This document shows positions 20,968 to 32,674 of a DNA stretch of 36,394 nucleotides, piece by piece. Within the stretch, counting starts at the first letter, position 1. Every line of letters starts with the position of its first letter. Both the position numbers and the translations under genes were made by a program. This stretch comes from Octopus bimaculoides (taxonomy: Eukaryota): contig NC_068988.1 of the NCBI RefSeq assembly GCF_001194135.2, forward strand, positions 74,775,170-74,811,563. Reading direction: 5' to 3'. The notes under the pieces are model-generated. The model did not search any database, was not told the origin of the DNA, and saw only the letters and a program-made list of their open reading frames with translations.

Positions 20968-21311
20968 CAGGGTGTGGATGGTATTTGCTCACAATTTTCA
21001 AGTGCTAGTTTTACACTTTTTTTTTTACATTGCTGATCTTTTTCTTCTTAAAAACAATAACCATTTTTGCTTTACTTTTTTTGTATAATAATTGACTATG
21101 GAAAATTTTGAAACTTTCCCCCAATTTGTGGAAAAGGCATGGAATCCTCTTTGGAATCCGCACCAGAATGACAAACAATACAGACACACACACATACATA
21201 CAAACATACTCTTTTTTTTTTTTGGATTAACAATACAATCAATGGTTTCATGTGGAAAGAATTTTCCACATGAAACCATTGGTAGCATGACTTTCAAACC
21301 ATACCACCTTA
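20968..21311. mobile_element. Possible Tc1/mariner-type MITE with internal perfect hairpin
   Basis: TA|CAGGGTGTGGATGGT at the left and degenerate ACCATACCACCTTA|TA at the right. TIR match is imperfect. Confidence 0.35.
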
Positions 21312-21469
21312 TATTTTATAAGCTGATAGAAGATTTAGCTCTTACACAACACAATTATGTTGTTACCTCCTTCACTCTCATTAACTGTTATTACTATATT
21401 CTCTGCTCCTCTGAACTTGTTTAATACATAGTTTAATCAGCATACACTATGGTTTGATCAACCTCAGTT

Positions 21470-21735
21470 TACATACAAACACAAACACCATCAGACGCAT
21501 ACACGTGCAAACATATGTTCATAGAAACATACATGAACACGTACAAACATACATGCACACACATAAACACTATCAATTATACACACGTGCAATATATATA
21601 TATATATGTTCATACACACACACAAATACACATGCACATACACAAGTACATGCACAAACATGCAAACACACACACATACATTCATACATACATATACACG
21701 CACATGCAAACGTTCACACACACACACACACACAT
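21470..21735. repeat. Degenerate (CA)/(TA) microsatellite
   Basis: Directly visible. Confidence 0.93.
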
Positions 21736-22001
21736 CAAAAGTCTGTTTAAACACAATTTTTAGTCTCTTGCAGGGTTTCAATCCTAGAAGCATCCAACCA
21801 CATTCCTGTTATGTTGCTGCACCCTAAACCCAACCCTTTCTCTTCTCCCCAACACTAAGTTGTTCCCACCATTCATTACACTAAATGTTGTCCATTCCTT
21901 ACACTAGAACCTATGAAGTACACCGTTCCTATGTCAACAATTCTACACTCAATCCTATTCATTATAAAACTTTAAAAAAAAAAGGGGGGGGGGTCAGTTA
22001 C

Positions 22002-22028
22002 TGGCCCCTCTTCTCCTCTCACTGACTT
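22002..22028 (-). CDS. TRAF7: Putative 27-nt TRAF7 microexon (KSVRGEEGP)
   Basis: Strong acceptor gttttcacctgtatttctttcctctttcag|AAG, purine-rich body, weaker donor CCA|GTAACT. Phase 0-0 fits both neighbours. EEGP|DIIVF parallels human EEEEP|EPLVF. Confidence 0.6.
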
Positions 22029-22734
22029 CTGAAAGAGGAAAGAAATACAGGTGAAAACTATCAGAAACAATGTAGACACACAGACAGACAAGATGAAGTT
22101 ACTGGTCTGTTTATATCTAGTAAATAGCTCATCAACAGAACTAGCAGTGAGAAAAATAAGAACATTTATCAATTCAATAGGATGAGTTATTTTGGTAAGT
22201 ACAGTACTACTGATTGTTCACCTACTAATAAGACATCTACCAGTCACATTCAGTGTAAAAACAGAACAACAACAACAACAACAACAACAGCAGCAACAAC
22301 AGCAGTTTCCTTGCTAGCAAGCAGCCGAACTAGATTACTGAGAATCTCGTTACCTCAATCTTCCAGTAGGACATTCGATGGTAATGGTTCACATTTTCCA
22401 GTCATAACAGAATCCTTGGAAACTTATGGAACTTTCTTTTGGTTTGTTTATCAAAAGATGATTCAGTAGAGTTCACTTCAGAGTCCAAAGACATACTGAA
22501 CAAAACTGCTGTAGTGTGATGGAATTAGCTATCTCCTCTAGGCCAACCCATCTCCCTGGGGGCCCAAATAATGTGAAAGATGATAGATGGTAACAGATGG
22601 GGGAGACAGGTAGAGATAGACAGCACTGGTGATGGTGGTGGTAGTGTATTGAAGTCTACCAAGACTAGTGAGTAATGCTATTATGTTAAATGTGTATATA
22701 TATTTATTTTTGCATTTACAATTTATATATATAT

Positions 22735-22933
22735 ATGTAATTTTGTAGGTCTGTCTATTAGTTGCTTAAACTTGTATATTTAGGTGTGTGTGTGTGTGTA
22801 TATATATGTCTATTAGTTGCTTAAACTTGTATATTTAGGTGTGTATGTGTGTGTGTATATATATATATACACACACACACACACCTAAATATACAAGTTT
22901 AAGCAACTAATAGACAGACCTACATAAATGACA
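22735..22933. repeat. Tandem plus inverted duplication centred on (TG)n(TA)n(CA)n
   Basis: TGTCTATTAGTTGCTTAAACTTGTATATTTAGG occurs at about 22752 and 22807, and inverted at 22884-22916. 22807-22916 is a loopless 110-bp palindrome with 2 mismatched pairs. Confidence 0.95.
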
Positions 22934-23029
22934 TGCTTCTTAGCATCAAACATTAATGGTGGCAGTGGTGAAGCACTGCTGTATTTTGTATCAAGTTACC
23001 AACATTGATATATTTGAGTGTGTATGGGG

Positions 23030-23430
23030 TGGGGGTATAAGCAATATAGGTGTACATGAGGAAATATGAGAAGTGGTGGGGGTAGGAGATGGAAAAGAGA
23101 GGAAAATGAAAATTGGTGGAGATGGGAAGAATGGGAGATTAAGGGTGAAAAGATGAAAGAGAAGACAAAGGGAGGAAGATGAGAAATAGGAAAGATGGGT
23201 GGAAAGAACAAAAGACAAAGAGACTGAAGAAGTAGAGCTGGAGGGTGGTAAGAGAGAGAGAGAGGATAAAGAAATAGCATGGATGAGAAAGGTTAGAGAA
23301 AAAGACAAAGAGGACAAGAAAGAGACAATAAAGAAAGGGAAGTAGGGAGAGAGAGAATACAGTAAAAGATAAAAGGATTGAAGACAATAAATCAGTGGTA
23401 CATAGTGTAACTGGAGGCAGAAGACGAAAA
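23030..23430. repeat. Purine-rich low-complexity tract, possibly an inverted RTE 3' UTR remnant
   Basis: GA-rich. Its complement resembles the pyrimidine-rich tracts at 12270-12600, 27720-28100 and 35330-35700. Confidence 0.55.
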
Positions 23431-23469
23431 AATAGGAAATTAATCCTGATTAATACATGGTTGTACATC

Positions 23470-23880
23470 TGTAACTCAATATCTACCTTTGTTTTAATTA
23501 TCTTTGAAAATAATAAAGAATTTAGTAAAATAACTTTGTCATTATTTAGCTAGAGTTTAAGGTTGGCAGAATCATTAGCACACTGGACAAAATGCTCTGG
23601 GGTATTTCGTCTGCCTTTATGTTCTGAGTTCAAATTCCACCAAGGTCAACTTTGACTTTTATTCTTTAGGGGTTGATAAAATAAGTACCAGTTGATCACT
23701 AGGGTTGATGTAATCAACTAACCTTCTCGCTTGAAATTCCTGGCCTTGTACAAAAATTTGAAACCATTGTTTAGATAGAGTTTGGAGTATAAATTAATAT
23801 GAAATTTTGATGAAAGATTTTAATTCTGATCACTTTAAAACAGGTTGTTTGTATCACAGATCAAAGAGGAGCTTCAGGCA
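23470..23880 (+). mobile_element. AT-rich non-autonomous DNA element (same family as 18610-18990) hosting a SINE
   Basis: Shared TTTGAAAATAATAAAGAATTTAGTAAAATAACTTTGT block. The sequence resumes after the SINE with GTTTGGAGTATAAATTAAT. Confidence 0.55.
23559..23769 (+). mobile_element. tRNA-derived Octopus-type SINE with 14-bp TSD
   Basis: A box TGGCAGAATCATTAG, B box GAGTTCAAATTCC. TSD TTTAGCTAGAGTTT (23545-58) and TTTAGATAGAGTTT (23770-83). Confidence 0.88.
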
Positions 23881-24333
23881 GTGTGATATCAAAAGGAATA
23901 ATCTTTTTGATACTAGACCAGCTGATGATGATGCATATCTGTAGGTCAATATAGATGTTGTTAATAGATGTTATAGACGTGGTTAATACCCATGTTGTAC
24001 ACTTTGTACATCTGTAAATTAATGTCTGCAAGGAATGTGGATACGTGGTGTGAGCAAGGGGTTAATCCAGAGAAATACAAATTCCTAAAAGAATGAGTGT
24101 AATAATATGCTATCTTCATAAATATTTATTCACTTAATTTCTTTTTTTATGTAATAACTGTTTATAGACTGTCACCAATTACTGACAGAAACCATCACAA
24201 ATTACTAAGACACCATTACTAATTACAAATGCAGACTTTCTTCAATCTTCACTGCTTTTACTGAAATAAGTGTAAATGCTGGTGAGTGGAAGGTGTATGC
24301 AACTAGTTTAGATGAACAGAAGCTGTCATAGTA

Positions 24334-25555
24334 TGAGGGTTCCTGAAAAGTTCCTGGTTTAAAGGGTATTGCAAAAGGGTAGAGCTATTACCATTACAGG
24401 GGTGGTAGGACAACTATTTAGGAGAAGATATGCAAAAAATCATGATGGCATACAATATATCTATCTCTTTTTTGCAGATTTAATGCCTGATGGCAGCTCC
24501 TACAGTGGATTTTGGTAAAACTGAAGCACAGGGGGTCATGAAGCTCCTCTTTTTGCAAGGTAAAGGAACAATGGAAATCCATGGCGAGATGAAGGAAGTT
24601 TTGAATGATGACTGCCCATACGTCAAGGAATCAGACTAGTCATTTTGAGGTCACAGATAAACACCGGTCAACTTCCGTGACCACAGAGAACATAGCCAAC
24701 ACTGTACACATTATGATTCTCGAGGACTGTCAGATTTCAGCAAAAAGTAGGCTACACCATCCACAACATTCTGGACATGAGAAAGCTTTCTGCAGAATGG
24801 GTGCTGAAATGCTTGAAGGTAGATCAAAAGAATATTAGAGTGATGATATCAATAGCAATTTTGAACCAGTTTGCAGCGGGAGAGGCTGATTTTATGGTTC
24901 GTTTAGTTAGGGATGAAACTTGGCTTCATCATTATGATCCCTAGACCAAGCAGCAATCAATGGCGAGGCACCAGAGCAGTTCACATTTCAAGAAGTTTTG
25001 AACCCAAAAGCCAGCTGGAAAGATTCTGGTTTCAGTGTTCTCAGATAAAGATGCAGTACTCCTCATAAAATACCTGCCAAAGGGGTGTGCCATCAGTGCA
25101 GACTACAACATGTCCTTGCGTGATGAACTGCATGAAGCTCTGAAGCAGAAATGTGGTGGAAAGCTGAGCTGTGGTTTCCCGTTTTTGCAGGACAATGTAC
25201 CAGCACACACAGCACATGAAACTCTAAGAAAAATATGTGATTTTCGCTTTGAATTGGTAGACCACCCACCTTACTCTCCTGATTTCGCCCCCTCTGACTA
25301 TCACCTCTTTCCACAACTGAAGAAACAGCTCAAGGGAATGAAATTTCACTCTAATTCAGAAGTGATTGCTGCTACAGGGGCCTTGCTGAAGGCCCAAACT
25401 TCCAACTTCTCTTTTTACAGGGGTTAGAAAAACTGAAGGACCACTGCAATAAGTATGTGAATCTGTGAAGGGAATATGTTGAATAAAATCATAATTAACT
25501 AATCCTCCTGTATTTTCTTTTACTCAAAGCCAGGAACTTTTCAGCACCCCCTTTG
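24334..25555 (+). mobile_element. Full-length decayed mariner, second subfamily (DD34D)
   Basis: TIR core CTGAAAAGTTCCTGG at both ends, TA at the left end. Motifs WVLKCL, DETW, and QDN...HPPYSPDFAPSDYHLF with 34 residues between the last two Asp (ORF 25035-25427). Confidence 0.93.
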
Positions 25556-25759
25556 TGGCATAAAAATAGAAGGCTCAGCTGTGGCTGTAATATTTTAGTG
25601 GGGTTATTGAAAATCAGCTGAAATGCCTTACTTTGAACATAGTTTATGGTGTAGTGACACCACCGGTTCACATCTTTGAGCACTACTCCAAAATCCCCTT
25701 ATCTCAGTGTGTGTGTGTGTGTGTGTGTGTGCGCGTGCACGTGCGTGTGTGTAGCTTTG

Positions 25760-27290
25760 CCATTTTACATCTGCTTCCCATGCTAGCATGAGTGAAATGG
25801 ATTATCAGGGTCTGCATCAGTTCTTATTGGGTTCTGTGGATGTCCTAGATAGGTTGTTAGGTGACATCTCATGCATTCTTTTGGCTGGGTTTCTACACTT
25901 GGAGGTCTTTCCTATCACCACACCACTTACATTACAGAATGTATGAGTTGGTATCAAAAAGTTCCTGAACTAGTTATATTTAATAAAAAATAACTTAATT
26001 ACCTACGTTTTAACATCAACTCCTCTGAAATAGTCACCTTGCATAGCAATGCACTGGTCTCAGCATTCCTGCCACTCTTTGGAATCTGGCCTGGAAGTTA
26101 TTTTCCATAAGTGAGTCAAGGACCTTCTGTGATTCTCTCTGGATCTTAACGATGATGTTAAAATGGCAACCTTTGAGCTGCCTTTTCACCTTGGGAAAGA
26201 GATGGAAGGCCACAAGTGCTAAATCTGGTGATTAGGGCAGGTGTGGAAGTAATACCATGTTGTTTTTGGTGAGAAACTCACAAATGAGGAGAGCTCAGTG
26301 ACAGGGTGCATTGTCATCGTGAAGAATCTAATTCTTTGTGCTCCACAGATTTGATTGCTTTCACTGAATATCCTCCCTCAAACACTTCAAAACATTGTAG
26401 TAGAACTCTCAGCTGATGGTCTGGCCCTAGGAGATGAATTCTTGATGCACAAGGCCACAGATGTTGAAAAAAAAAACGATTAACATTTTCTTGATTGAGC
26501 TGTGGCCCTGTCATGCCTTCTTTGGTCATGGAGATGAAGGGTTCTTCCATTGTGATGACAGCTGCTTCGTCTCAGGGTCATACCCTAGACAAAACTCTCA
26601 TCAATGGTGATGATCTTTGGCATGACGGATGGGTCATCAGCGGCACACTGACTGAGATCTTGACAGACTTTGATGCGATGTTCTTTCTGCTCAGTGGTTA
26701 GCAGATGGGGGACAAACTTGGCAGAGACATCCTGCATGTTCAATTCAGATGTTACGATTACCTTCATGGACCCATACAACAGATCAACAACAACAGCAAT
26801 GTTGCTGATTGTCCTCTGACATTCCTCATGCACAAGCTGATGAATTTTCTCCACATTGCCAGGAGCAACGCTTGTGGCAGGTCTTCCAGATCACTCATCG
26901 CCTTCCAGAGACATTCTTCTGCTTTTGAAGTGCCCATTACACTCAAAACATTGCAGAAGACCCACTGCCTCGCTGCTATAAGCTTGCCAAAGCATGCTCA
27001 ATGTATTTGTAGCAGACTTCCCAAGTTTAACACAAAATTTCACACTGGCTCTTTGTTCCTGTCCATGACAAAATTGCATACATATCACAAAAACACAAAT
27101 TTCACAACTTGCAAAGTAAACACAGCCATGTCATTTGGAACAGTGCCTCATGAAAGTCATTGCTAGCTCTCACTGCACATGCAACTGTGTGCTGCCATAT
27201 GTTGGTGCACTACCAAACTGGTCCGGGAACTTTTTGATACCACTTTGTATTAGATTTTTTTCATGGCACCAACACTAAAGAGGTTGTCTT
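25760..27290 (-). mobile_element. Degenerate RTE-tail repeat split by mariner copy 2
   Basis: TTCCCATGCTAGCATG..GGGTTTCTAC..CTTTCCTATCACC..ACAGAATG|TA on the left continues as TTAGATTTTTTTCATGGCACC after 27249. Confidence 0.6.
25944..27247 (-). mobile_element. Full-length decayed mariner (1304 bp), copy 2, same family as 10684-11978
   Basis: TIRs 23/30 identical (core TGGTATCAAAAAGTTCC). TA at 25942-43 and 27248-49. SAKFVPHLLT and ITIDES remnants. Colinear with copy 1. Confidence 0.94.
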
Positions 27291-27719
27291 GTCCTCATTG
27301 CAGTGCAGTTGTTCGCTGAAGGTGATTTGACCAGGAAAGTGAATAACAGATAAAGCAATGAAAGGAGAAAAACCAGGATGGGTGGGTGAGGTTATGGGAG
27401 AGAGAGAAAGAGAACGAAAGAGGGAGAGAGATATATGTGTGTATGCCTATTACATAACACACACAGAGGTTTGAGAGAGCAAACAACAGAAATAGAACTC
27501 AATAAATGAATATATATATTTTGATTTTTTTTTTAAGCAACAAAAAGTTACATGACTGACTCAAATGTGGAAAGTTTCACACATGGCACTTATCAAATTT
27601 ATCAAAGTTTGATATGTATCATACACGAAATTCTTGGCCCTTGAATCATTTTTGTAATTCTCTGTTGTTTAAAATGTGTGTGAGCGTACATGTACACATC
27701 ACTTGTGTTATTTACTGAC

Positions 27720-28800
27720 ACAAGACCCACTTACTTTCTATCCCCCACCACCATCATCCTCATCACTCAACCTCACCTGTCTCAACCTATCTCTACTTCT
27801 AAGTGTAAGAGACTACAATAGACCAGTTGTAACCAGTACACTCTACCCTGCTTGTTATCTGCTTTCCACCCCCACCCCCCTACTATCAGTCATCATCCCA
27901 TTCACCTTGTCAGCCATCACATCCTTGTTCCTCTCCTCCCACATCTCCTGGCTCACTTTGCCTTCTATCACCACTCTATCCTCTTATTCATGTTGCCTTG
28001 AACAGATGTACCTATCTCAAAATATTGAAACCACTATCACTCTTCCTTCTATCAATCATCCCTCTAATCACTCATGCCCCTATCATCCATTCCTCTTTTA
28101 TGCATGTCTCTATTAATCTCATTGTATTTGACTGTTAGCAAATATTAGGAAGACAGTGGATCTCTCCTCTTCACCATAGAATGCTCTCAAAGTAAGTAGG
28201 GATGCCTCTGAACCTATCAGGCTTCTCATCTTTCCAACATCCTACCCCGCCTTATCCAAACCCTCTCTCCCACATCCAGAGGCATATCAATTACAACCTT
28301 TCCTATACTCCTTTCATATTACCTGATATTAATATCGATCATCTTTTCCTTGTTTCTACCTTCACATTCTTATTCCTACCCTAGCCTTATCACCATAAGT
28401 CAACAAGCACTTAGAGAGCTTTTGGGGCTCACAAAACTTCAGGGTGTATGGCAAGCCCACTATTGTTGTTGGCATTACAAATCTACCCACAATGCTCTCT
28501 AAAGTGGTTGAAGAACAAGCAGAGATGATGGGGGAGTATCAAGAAGACCCTTTAGCCCTGTCAAGGACATGACAACATCGCTAGTGCTGGTGCCATGAGA
28601 AAATGCAGGCAGTATACTCTGTAAGATGGATGTTGTTAGGAAGAACATCTATCCACAGAAAGTGTACCAAGAATCTAAGATGAGTGAGATGTCAACCTCT
28701 GTCTCAGTGAGCTGTAACTTCAAATAATTGCTAACACAGGTTGTAGCAACCTGTCCAGCTCATGCCAGCAAGGAAAGAAGACATAAAACAAAGATGATGA
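27720..28800 (+). mobile_element. RTE-type 3' UTR and tail remnant
   Basis: Pyrimidine-rich tract, then GCTAGTGCTGGTGCCA..GTTAGGAAG..CATC..CATGCCAGCAAGGAAAGAAGAC..GATGATGA. Confidence 0.55.
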
Positions 28801-29067
28801 CATTATATATATAACACAAAGAGACACAATGAATATAACACAACTTTAAAACTAATAATAAAGTTGTGCTTCATTCTTCATCTCCTTACTTGTATAACAG
28901 TTTAGTCTTTGTAAGACTTACTGCTTTTACCAGTGATGTATCTGGTATTTCTACACCAGTGGACTTTCAATTTCTCTCAAAGTTGCAATATGAGAGTGTA
29001 GATAGCCAGAATTTGGGGTTAAGTGATGCACTGGAAATACATGATTTTCTACCCTGTATTTTCTATG

Positions 29068-29099
<32 letters not shown>

Positions 29100-29185
29100 T
29101 ATGCTCCACTGTATGTATGTACCTATATACTTATTTATGCATGTATGTATGTATCTATCTATGTACATACTTATGTATGTATGTC

Positions 29186-30680
29186 ATTCAGTTTTATTTC
29201 AAGATTTCTTGCCAATAGAGAAAGAGTCAGTTTCTAACCTAGATCCAAGGCTCCTTCATTAGGATTTCAACATCAACAACAGGATATTTTTGTTTGTACA
29301 CATGTATGTATGTATACATGCAGATTTGCATGTTTTGTTTTATGTATGTATTCTCATGCATATAGTTGCATGTCTAGACATGCTCATATATATTTAAATG
29401 ATAAACTTCTGGTAAGTTTTACAGATTTTTACAGTTCCAGTGATGGATTGGATCTGTATTCTTTGAATTAGCTTTCCCTTTTCTGGTTTTGAGAAACCTA
29501 ACTTCTCAAGATTGGTATTTAGGCAGTGTGTTACATATTCCAGGGCCTTTGTAATCTGGATAGAATAACTGCAGATTTCTCAATAGTCCAGCATATGTAT
29601 GTATGTATGGTCCACAGATGTCCTCTTTCTCTAACATTTCTTTCTAACCATATTGGTGTCCAGAGGGTAGCTGATGTTCAGAACAGAACAAATCTTTTCC
29701 TTGAGATACCACACAACATCTAGCTGGTTGTGTTTTAACTTGATGGCTGCTATAACTTTTAAGTTCCACTAATATTCTTTTCAACTTTAGGTCTCAGTTA
29801 TGGTCAACTTTGTCCATAGGCATTTTCTTTTTTATCCTGTTCAAACTGTTCTGGCCATTGCATCATGCTTCATGGGAAGATAATATCTGGAAGATATTCT
29901 CTCACCATTGGCAATAATGTGGTTAATATCTTCAGTCTTGGTCTTGTACAATCTACATTTGTTGTCTGTCAATATTTTCTACCTTTTACGCTGTAGGTAC
30001 CTGGTGGGGATCTCTTGTACTTAAATTGCAAGGAGATAGCCTTCAAAATGGTATGTCATAAACTTGTCTGTACTCCATGCGAAGCTCTTGACATGATCTA
30101 TCCCTTCCTAGTTTGTGTTTTATGTGCCAAGTATCTATGTTCTATCTTCTCAGTGAACTGGTCCATTTTTTTATACTGTTGCTCTGATAAATAGATTTTA
30201 CCAATGCTCCTGGGTGAGAGAGCTGTATCAGCTCATATTTCATACTTCTCCTCAAGTTTATTAGTTATCTTAATAATGTTCATTTCATGGTCACAAACTT
30301 GAGCAAGATAGTGATTGATCTCTTTCCTCTAATGCAAATGTTGTTTCAATGTCACAATACATGCTTCATATGACATCAATATAGATTTGAGACTGCAGCT
30401 ACCATCCTTGCATGGGAAGTATAACCTATCTACATCTCCATTGATGTTGAAGTTTCTTGTAACACTGAGCAGCTCATGAGTTCAAACATGTCTCATTGAG
30501 TTCTTGTAATAACCAGTTCAGAAGGCTAAACATAGGCATGGGGACAGGCATTGCAAAAGTGTTGTGGGAGTATGCTTGTTGTAAGCTGAGAATTTTGATG
30601 ACCATATTCTCTTTACTCACTTGAGGTATTTGTTCTTGGCCCTCTTTTTATAGGTCCATACAAGACGAGAGTGTCAGATA
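29186..30680 (-). mobile_element. R4/Dong LINE 3' half (post-RT, zinc knuckle, RLE, 3' UTR)
   Basis: Minus translation LLSVTRNFNINGDVDRLYFPCKDG, a decayed CxxC..H..C region, LRNLQLFYPDYK, and a UTR ending GAAATAAAACTGAATGAC. Confidence 0.72.
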
Positions 30681-32096
30681 TGAATGTCATGCATGCATGC
30701 ATGTCAGTCTACCTAAGCATGTATGCTGATTCATGTATGTAAGTACTTTTGTAAGTCAATCTGTTGACTAAGAGCAGAGTAAAAGTGGTGGGGAGACAAT
30801 TGCTACTTTAAATAGTGTCACATTTTTTCCGTAGTCAAGACTCCAAATTCACACTGGCTCAGTCCACATAGCTGTAAATACGAATTGGAAACCTAAAAGT
30901 GAGGCATAAGCAACATCAGGAAATCAACAGACATTTACTGGCTAAAAGGGAAAGACAAGGAATACCTGAGTCCCAATGTCTGGTAACATGACAGTGTGAA
31001 GTGATTGTATGCATTTGTGCATAAAAGTGCTTGTGTGTATGTGTGGTGTGTGAGTGTCATGAGTGTGTATAAATTTGTGCATACAGCTGACACTGGAGCT
31101 CAACACATCCTCGCAGCTGCTGGATCCTGTCAGACTGTCTAAAACATGCCAACATGGAAAATGGATGCTAAAAGATGATGATGTGTATGTGTTTCTGTGC
31201 ATGCATACATTTGTACATTTGTGCGTGCACATGTGTGCACGTATGAAATATGACACCCAAAGATGCTGTTAGTGACAAAGTCTCACTATAGAAAGTGACA
31301 GAGCCCTGGGGGTTGTAAGTGAAGTCATGGTGGAGAAAATAAACATGCATATGCATACACAAACCCAAACAGATATGTGAGGCTCCAGAGGAACAGAATT
31401 AACAAATTCGACATTGCAACAGGGCAACATCACAGAAATATACAGATATCATCTTCATCACCATCATTGCAGAAATAGAGACAACACAACCACCACCATC
31501 ACACAAAATACAATCATTATTGTCATCATCAACAACAAGCTTTATCTTGTTTCACAACAACTTTATTCAGTTCAGCCTTCTTATATTTTAAAGATGGAGA
31601 CCTTTGACTGTTATTTCTAGTAGGTCAAACAGTAACTGTACAGAGGGCAGCAGCATTCTTTCTTTCCTCACCTTTAGACATACACCATCAACATGTGGTA
31701 GGGAACAACTCTAATGGCTAAGTTTACATTGTCTACTACTGCACACTTTACAGCTGAACCAATAACAAACTTTGTAGTCTCTCAGCATGCTAAAAGTAGT
31801 AGAATAATAACTTCAGATCACATCTTTGCAAGTAAAAACTGATGTTCACAATTGATAACGGTACTCCTAGATAGAGGGGATAGTCATGACTGTAATGATT
31901 TTAGAACTGCTTGGTAATGATAGACTTGAGGGTTAAACATTAACTGTCATACTGCTTCCCATACCACTGCATGTTACAATATAAGTTCCACACTGGTACA
32001 CTATATCCTGTACTTCAATATGTTACAGCATGGCCCTCATATAGTATGTTATGCAAAGTTTGCTCTGGAATCCACACACTCCATCATAAATCTGAT

Positions 32097-32170
32097 CACA
32101 AACATATCTGTACCATCATAAATGTATCTGTACTACCACAAACATATCTGTACTACCATAAATGTAACTG
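32097..32170. repeat. 20-bp tandem repeat with alternating A/B units
   Basis: CACAAACATATCTGTACCAT / CATAAATGTATCTGTACTAC / CACAAACATATCTGTACTAC / CATAAATGTAACTG. Confidence 0.9.
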
Positions 32171-32585
32171 GCTCTCATTTAAATAGCTACACACGCCACA
32201 GAAAAACAAACCACCTTGGAGAGTGTTGGGGTGAAATTGATAGTGTTAAACTACCAAGTCAATGATCATGGGTTCAAATCCAATGTATTTAATAACAGTG
32301 CAGAAAAGAGGAGAGCTGTAAAGAGGTAACTGAAGAGGATAGAGAGACTGTGTTGAGTAGAATTAGAAAGTGGTGGTAGGGGGAGGGGGCAAAGAGATTA
32401 TTAGCAAACAAATAATAAAGTTTTAAAAATATATACAAAAAGCAAACAAGAAATCAAAACGTAAAATAAGAAAACAGAGGAGAGGTCTTGTGAGAAAGAA
32501 AATATTTTTAAAATGTAATACATGAGGGTAGTAAGGCTTTGGGAGCACAACAAAACAATATAAGTATTGAAGAGTTCATAGTTAC

Positions 32586-32674
32586 CCCATTGTATTCACT
32601 GTTATCTGATAATGAAAACAGTGAACTGTTGGATGCTGCATTAGTAGGATCTGCTAGGCTGTGGTTGTCTTCAT
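32586..32674 (-). CDS. TRAF7: Putative TRAF7 N-terminal exon ((D)EDNHSLADPTNAASNSSLFSLSDNSEYNG)
   Basis: Acceptor ttttattttctgctttttcttgtcatcag|AT, donor GGG|GTAACT, 89 nt, phase 1-0, open frame. Ser-rich like the TRAF7 N-terminus. Completes the G left by the upstream exon into GAT (Asp). Confidence 0.72.

Noticed and set aside
22182-22469. Plus-strand 95-aa ORF with a TTG|GTAAGT donor-like site
   Set aside because: It is inflated by an (ACA)n repeat, has no recognisable domain, and lies antisense to the host gene.
25934-25945. Minus-strand CAT ACA TTC TGT (HTFC) followed by GTAAGT, resembling the next TRAF7 RING exon
   Set aside because: It is on the wrong side of the RING exon, has no acceptor, and straddles the mariner TIR and TA junction.
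10684-27247. Recombination between the two same-orientation mariners would delete the microexon and RING exon in frame (120 nt)
   Set aside because: The copies look substantially diverged by eye and nothing in the sequence shows such an event.
28922-29030. Minus-strand segment with acceptor gtatttccag and donor GCA|GTAAGT
   Set aside because: It has stops in all three frames and a weak pyrimidine tract, with no independent support. The plus-strand ORF 28866-29237 runs into a microsatellite.
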